Assembly: GCA_001800135.1 (NCBI GenBank) | Contig: MGUU01000011.1 | Span: 8,842 to 72,841, forward strand | Direction of reading: 5' to 3' | DNA: 64,000 bases | Source of the DNA: Elusimicrobia bacterium RIFCSPLOWO2_02_FULL_39_32 | GTDB lineage: Bacteria; Elusimicrobiota; Elusimicrobia; 2-02-FULL-39-32 | Shown here: in pieces, positions 59,300-64,000 of the stretch | How the letters are laid out: every line of letters starts with the position of its first letter | Position numbering within the stretch: position 1 is the stretch's first letter | Notes under the pieces: generated by a model | The model's input: only the letters and a program-made list of their open reading frames with translations | Databases searched by the model: none | Told to the model about the DNA's origin: nothing | Position numbers and translations under genes: made by a program

Positions 59300-60547
59300 T
59301 TATTTTAGAAGTTGTTTCCTTAAAAGTTCTAAAATCATAAGAGCTGATTTTTCTTTTATTTCAAGACGTGTGCCATGAAAAATTTTAGTGCAAGTTAAGG
59401 AACCATTTTTAGAGGCAATGCCAAAACAGACCATCCCTACAGGTTTTAATTTTGTGGCTCCGGTTGGGCCAGCAATGCCAGTTATAGAAATCCCCCAATC
59501 TGAATCTGATTTCCTTAAAATCCCTTGAGCCATCTGTTTAGCAATTGGTTCACTGACAGCGCCAAAATTTTTAAGTGTTTTTTGATTTACCCCAAGCCAT
59601 TTAATTTTACTCTCATCTGAATAAGTCACAACACCTTCTTTAAAATAAGCTGAGCTCCCCGCAATATTAGTTATTTTATTGGCAATGAATCCACCAGTGC
59701 AGGATTCTGCCACAGCTAAAGTTTGCCCCCTCTTTTTTAAGAGCTGGCCAACCACGCTTTCCAGAGTCTCTTTATTTTTTCCGTAGAGTTCATCGCCTAA
59801 AATTTTGTAAAACTCTTTTTCAATTTCTAAAACACAATCTTCCACTGCATTTTTATTTTTTCCTTCTACCGTAACCTTCACATCAATGATAGAATAGTGC
59901 GCTAAAATTCCAAAAATAACTTTAAGCCCGGTCTTGTTCCAATTTTTTTCAACCACTGGTTTAATCTTCTCATCAATTTCTGATTCTGGTTTGCCAAAAA
60001 TGTGGAGGACGGATGTTTTTACAAAAAAAGAAGGAAAAATTTTTTTCAAGTAAGGAAGCACTTCTTCCTCCATCATAGGATATAACTCTTGCGGAGGCCC
60101 GGGTAAAAGAATCAAGTGACGATTTTTTAAAGTAATTATTTGTCCGGGCGCTGTGCCTACTTTATTAAGAAGCGCTTTAGCTCCTTGGAGCACATAAGCT
60201 TGACGATTATTTTCTTCAGGCATAGAAATTCCAACAGATTGGAATCTCTGCTCAATCTTTTTCAAAATTTCTTTGGAATAAAGAAGAGGCTTATTTAAAA
60301 CTTTAGAAACTGCTTCTCTAGTAAGATCATCAAAGGTTGGACCTAAACCACCGCAAGTTAAAACAATTTGAGAACGTTTTAAAGCCTCTTTTAAACAAGC
60401 CTCCACCTCTTTTTGATCGTCCCCTACAGTAGTGTCTCTTGTAAGAGATAATCCTATGGAAAGTAGATGTTCAGCAATCAATTGAACATTGGTATTGGTC
60501 TTATCCCTCAAGAGCTCAGAGCCAAAACAGATAAGTTCTATATGCAT
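59300..60547 (-). CDS. cinA: competence/damage-inducible protein CinA (MoCF domain + NMN deamidase)
   Basis: GSELL, GGLGPTFDDLT, GTAPG, LPGPP.E, AESCTGG, GSSAYF, GAVSE, ITGIAGP. Confidence 0.93.
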   Translation of the reverse strand: MHIELICFGSELLRDKTNTNVQLIAEHLLSIGLSLTRDTTVGDDQKEVEACLKEALKRSQIVLTCGGLGPTFDDLTREAVSKVLNKPLLYSKEILKKIEQRFQSVGISMPEENNRQAYVLQGAKALLNKVGTAPGQIITLKNRHLILLPGPPQELYPMMEEEVLPYLKKIFPSFFVKTSVLHIFGKPESEIDEKIKPVVEKNWNKTGLKVIFGILAHYSIIDVKVTVEGKNKNAVEDCVLEIEKEFYKILGDELYGKNKETLESVVGQLLKKRGQTLAVAESCTGGFIANKITNIAGSSAYFKEGVVTYSDESKIKWLGVNQKTLKNFGAVSEPIAKQMAQGILRKSDSDWGISITGIAGPTGATKLKPVGMVCFGIASKNGSLTCTKIFHGTRLEIKEKSALMILELLRKQLLK

Positions 60548-60594
60548 TTAAATTATTAGTAAATCGAAAAAATTTAAAACACAGGTTAATATTT

Positions 60595-61164
60595 TCATTT
60601 TAATTTTCTATTTATCTCTTGCAGTATATTGCAGAACAATGCTCCCTGCTCAATGGCATCGTCTAAGGCGCGATGGGTATGGGGGAAAGAATCGAACCAT
60701 TCCTTGGGCATGCTCTTTTTCGTTGCGTTCCGGTACCCACTTTTCAAAAGAACCATGGCTAAGGTCTTGATGTCCAACGCTGAATGAGAAAATGGGCTTT
60801 CTCCGGTAAAACGAATGAGGTACCAATAGACAAATAGAAAATCGTACGCGGCAGGATATCCCACAAAAACAGGTAGTCCTGGCAAAGATTTCAACCATAA
60901 CAAATAATTCTTCATTGCCTTTTCTGGAGGCTCCAAATTCTGATGGCAAGCGTTCCATGCCTCTGGTTGAGACCGCCACCATTCCATTGTTTTTGGATTC
61001 TCTACCGCATCCGGCAAAGTTTCTAAATTAGAAGTAAACGTACCCACCAAAGTTTTATCAGCCCAATAGGCAGCGGATCCAAAACTAAGCATGGAATTAA
61101 TTCCGGGTATGGGACCATCCGCTTCGACATCCGTACTCACATAAATCTCTGGTTTTCTACTCAT
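60595..61164 (-). CDS. DEDDh 3'-5' exonuclease
   Basis: STDVEADG (ExoI), AYDF (ExoII), HTHRALDDA (ExoIII); ATG overlaps the AbiEii stop by 8 nt. Confidence 0.85.
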   Translation of the reverse strand: MSRKPEIYVSTDVEADGPIPGINSMLSFGSAAYWADKTLVGTFTSNLETLPDAVENPKTMEWWRSQPEAWNACHQNLEPPEKAMKNYLLWLKSLPGLPVFVGYPAAYDFLFVYWYLIRFTGESPFSHSALDIKTLAMVLLKSGYRNATKKSMPKEWFDSFPHTHRALDDAIEQGALFCNILQEINRKLK

Positions 61165-61993
61165 ATATTTTTTTTAAGTAGTCATTGAGATTGTTGATGA
61201 CATCATTAATTTTCTCCGGGACATCCTTCATTTTTTCTCGCTTCAAAAAATGTTCCCAATAGGTTTGAAGTTGCGCATATTCTGCTTGTTCAAACTGGAT
61301 TTGATTATGGAAAGGAGTCTTGCGATTATAAAACACGTCCTGAATACACTTTTTTAGATTCTTCCTATTGAGATCCTGCCGAATGAGCAAGAATAGGTCA
61401 TAATAATCCTTCATGCGAGTATTTCTCCCCTGCTTTTTGAAAATGATTTGCAGTTTTTCAGCAAAAATAGTTTCTGAAGGATATGCTAAAAGGGAGAAGG
61501 AGGGTCCAAAGATCGGTTTATCTTTATACCGCATTCGCTCTAAAGTCATTGCTACGGGTTCGACCAGATCGCCTATTGCCAAGTCTAAACGCACCATCCC
61601 ACGCATTTTCCCAAAGAGGAAATGACAAGCAATTCGAACCCCAGGATAATCCATTTCTGGATGAATAAGTGGAGCACCATCAATTTTTTTCCAAGTTATT
61701 CCATCATCTACCTCCATTTCTAAAATTGACCTGATAATTTTAACAATATCATCCACTTGATTATTTAATTGCTTGATAGAAAAATCCAAATCTCTAGTTT
61801 TTCGGCTTGTCTTGATTAAATAGGTAAGCAGAGATCCTCCCTTAAAAATAAACTTCTTAGCATAAGGAGAAATACTTAGGCGATAGAGAAATTGTTCCGA
61901 GGCCAGACGATTCAGCAACAACTGTAAATCAATCTTCTGAGCCCTAGAAATATTGAGCAGCTTGGCATGCAAACTTGGGATATTAACTGGCAT
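61157..61993 (-). CDS. AbiEii/AbiGii-type nucleotidyltransferase toxin (type IV TA)
   Basis: [28 protein letters not shown]. Confidence 0.9.
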   Translation of the reverse strand: MPVNIPSLHAKLLNISRAQKIDLQLLLNRLASEQFLYRLSISPYAKKFIFKGGSLLTYLIKTSRKTRDLDFSIKQLNNQVDDIVKIIRSILEMEVDDGITWKKIDGAPLIHPEMDYPGVRIACHFLFGKMRGMVRLDLAIGDLVEPVAMTLERMRYKDKPIFGPSFSLLAYPSETIFAEKLQIIFKKQGRNTRMKDYYDLFLLIRQDLNRKNLKKCIQDVFYNRKTPFHNQIQFEQAEYAQLQTYWEHFLKREKMKDVPEKINDVINNLNDYLKKIYE

Positions 61994-61995
61994 AT

Positions 61996-62577
61996 TTATT
62001 CGTCCGCCATAAGAACAGAGATTATTTCATCTAAAGGTTTCTTAAGTTTTCTAGCATAACTGCAGAGTTTTTGAATATTTTTATTTTTTTTCTTAAGGTA
62101 GCGTTTAAGCGCTTTAAGCGCTACTTCTTCTGTGTGGTATTTAAAAGCATCTACCACCGTTTTCTCAAGATCATAAATTCTTACCGTACGTTTACCAAAA
62201 GTGTGATGTTCTATTCCCAGAGTGTACGAGAATCCAGTAGGACGAATAACTCGATAAAGAGCGTTATGGATAATTTTTGGAGCGGGCAGAGCAATCCAAA
62301 CTTGACATTCTTCTGCATCTGTAAGGTCATAATAGGTTAGCGCTGAGACCCCGCAAACAACAGCTTCTGGATAAAGCGTACAGGCGACAATATATTTTTT
62401 AAGCGGGTGCGCCATCCAGTCCATATGTTTTGTATAAACGCCATGTTCTACCCTAACAATTATTTCTTTTTTAGCCAGACGAGAAAGCGTCATAGGACTA
62501 AATTTAAGTCTATGCGCTTCACTTGTTGTAATAACCGTATTGGCATCTATAAATTTTATTAGCTGCTCAGTCTTCAT
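61996..62577 (-). CDS. AbiEi-type antitoxin / transcriptional regulator
   Basis: N-terminal wHTH (LSRLAK...RVEHGVY), SALTYYDLT, IYDLEKTVVD; directly upstream of AbiEii. Confidence 0.9.
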   Translation of the reverse strand: MKTEQLIKFIDANTVITTSEAHRLKFSPMTLSRLAKKEIIVRVEHGVYTKHMDWMAHPLKKYIVACTLYPEAVVCGVSALTYYDLTDAEECQVWIALPAPKIIHNALYRVIRPTGFSYTLGIEHHTFGKRTVRIYDLEKTVVDAFKYHTEEVALKALKRYLKKKNKNIQKLCSYARKLKKPLDEIISVLMADE

Positions 62578-62586
62578 TATAATCTA

Positions 62587-62634
62587 ATGTTAACATAGTA
62601 ACATAAATAATTCAAGATGTTATTATATTAACAT
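62587..62634 (-). promoter_or_regulatory. abiE promoter with paired inverted-repeat operator
   Basis: Two ATGTTA-N6-TAACAT dyads (62587-62604, 62617-62634), mutually inverted at 16/18; TTGAAT-17-TAACAT promoter with extended -10 TG, 9 nt before ATG. Confidence 0.75.
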
Positions 62635-62820
62635 AACTAAAATGGATTGGGCTGCATCTATCCATCGCAAACATAAAATTATTTCAATTTTTAAATGCAA
62701 CCTTAGGGGGAACTGGTAGAAAATGATATATCTTATGCAACTAAACTTTCAACTGATATGCGTTTTTTTAGTTTGAGAGTACCTTTTGCACTTAAGTATT
62801 TTTGTACATTATTATTATCT

Positions 62821-63132
62821 TCAATGATAAAAACCTATTTTGGGTTCATTTTGAGAGATTGGAGCAAGTTCAATCTTGCCAAAACGCGCTTCATATTTCT
62901 TGATGTTATCTTCTAAAGCCAAGAGAAGTTTTTTTGCATGAGAAGGGGAGGTGACGATTCGGCTTTTAACTTTTACTTTAGGAGCTTGTGGCGGCAAAAA
63001 AATAAAATCAAGCACAATTTCAGTCTCTGAATGACTGACAATAGCTAGATTAACATAAGTTCCTTGAGCTACCTGTTCATCTATTTCAATTTGAATTTGA
63101 TTAGGAACTAGGTCACTTTTTTGGTTAGACAT
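62821..63132 (-). CDS. DUF3467 family protein
   Basis: IQIEIDE.VAQG.Y.NLAIV.HS..E..LDF, SRIV.SP.HAK.L..AL..NI..YE..FG.I; GGAGG RBS before ATG 63132. Confidence 0.85.
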   Translation of the reverse strand: MSNQKSDLVPNQIQIEIDEQVAQGTYVNLAIVSHSETEIVLDFIFLPPQAPKVKVKSRIVTSPSHAKKLLLALEDNIKKYEARFGKIELAPISQNEPKIGFYH

Positions 63133-63228
63133 CTTGGCACCTCCTTCAAAGGAAAAAGTTTGGAATAGGGTCACGCCATTTAACCTTCATGCTCTCTTTA
63201 AAAATTCAGAAAACAAAAAATTGATAGG

Positions 63229-63369
63229 CTATTTAAACTGCCAGGGTTTATATAAAAATATATAGATAAGACAAATAATGGCTCCTAAGACTAAAGCGAA
63301 CCCGCCTAACAGTAATCCAATTTGTGAAGCTTTTTTTCTCTCTTCTTTTAAGGAGGGGTCTAGAACCAC
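63229..63369 (-). CDS. unannotated 46-aa single-TM protein
   Basis: GTG overlaps the HNH stop (TAGTG); MVLDPSLKEERKKASQIGLLLGGFALVLGAIICLIYIFLYKPWQFK. Confidence 0.55.
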   Translation of the reverse strand: MVLDPSLKEERKKASQIGLLLGGFALVLGAIICLIYIFLYKPWQFK

Positions 63370-63968
63370 TATTCTTCTATTTCGCTGTCCCAATAAACAT
63401 TATCAATAAATTTTTGCCAGGAAGCTTTAAACTTTATAAAAGTGGGTAATACTAAAGATTGAGCCCCTTTCCATCTGGGTCTAGAAGGTTCGATTAATAA
63501 TTTCATTCCAGCCTCATGAGGCAAACAGTCTCCTTTCTTAATGTTGCAAGGAATACAGGAAGTTACTACATTGTTCCAAGTGGATTGTCCTCCGCGTGAA
63601 GAAGGAACAATATGTTCCAAATTTAAATCTTTTGTTTGAAACTTTTTTCCACAATAGCAGCAGTGATAACCGTAATGCTCATAAATATTTCTGCGAGTAA
63701 ATTTAATTTCAGCCGCTGGAACCTGGTCGTAAGCTCTTAAGGCAATCACATCTGGAATGGCGATTTTAAAAGTAGGGGTATGGACAAAGCCGGCTGGATG
63801 ATCTTTAATTAAATTAGAAAGTTCTCTCCAATCAGAAAAATTGTAAGTATGGTACTCTTCATCTACAACACGAGCGTGATCTAAATAAAGAAGAGAAAGC
63901 GCCCTTCTCCAATTGGTGATGTGAATAGCATAAAAATTTCTATTTAAAACCAATACATCCGTGCTCAT
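63369..63968 (-). CDS. HNH endonuclease (zinc-binding, McrA/HNH_5-like)
   Basis: VLVLN, FTRRNI, C.YCG, EHIVP.SRGG..W.NVV..C..CN..K. Confidence 0.9.
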   Translation of the reverse strand: MSTDVLVLNRNFYAIHITNWRRALSLLYLDHARVVDEEYHTYNFSDWRELSNLIKDHPAGFVHTPTFKIAIPDVIALRAYDQVPAAEIKFTRRNIYEHYGYHCCYCGKKFQTKDLNLEHIVPSSRGGQSTWNNVVTSCIPCNIKKGDCLPHEAGMKLLIEPSRPRWKGAQSLVLPTFIKFKASWQKFIDNVYWDSEIEE

Positions 63969-64000
63969 AATAATTTAAATGTAACACTTTTTCCCCTTGG

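Overview
AT-rich bacterial chromosomal segment, almost fully coding. It contains no rRNA, CRISPR array, transposase or integrase. Beta-barrels, lipoproteins and c-type cytochromes point to a diderm cell; the gene content is reminiscent of Elusimicrobiota or PVC-adjacent lineages (unverified). From left to right: a housekeeping block ispE-spoVG-tRNA-Gln-glmU-prs-rplY-pth; a Rieske / fused cytochrome b(b6+IV) / pentaheme c / monoheme c respiratory operon followed by fixCX; two AT-rich membrane proteins with winged-helix-like tails; clpB; metabolic genes (pirin, D-2-hydroxyacid dehydrogenase, PHP, SDR, GDPD, Nudix, surE, rdgB, aconitase, greA); and a long minus-strand run with a BirA-operator-led biotin operon (bioB-DUF423-fabG-like-fabF-like-bioF-bioD) abutting a lysine catabolic trio (lysine 6-dehydrogenase-like, aldehyde dehydrogenase, DUF1338/HglS), then ispG. 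After that come a NGKEYGP-repeat protein, a FecR + two beta-barrel operon, nrfHA, panD, a queuosine cluster, aroD, metH, and an accessory end with HigBA-like and AbiEi/AbiEii modules, cinA and an HNH nuclease. Best candidates for new biology: (1) a dedicated FabF paralog in the bio operon with Lys at the Ile108 acyl-pocket position and a 22-residue deletion, suggesting a BioC/BioH/BioZ-independent pimelate route; (2) a tripartite AbiEi-AbiEii-DEDDh exonuclease operon; (3) an orphan FecR/two-barrel envelope operon; (4) pervasive leaderless or near-leaderless gene starts. All functional calls come from by-eye motif recognition; no database searches were run.
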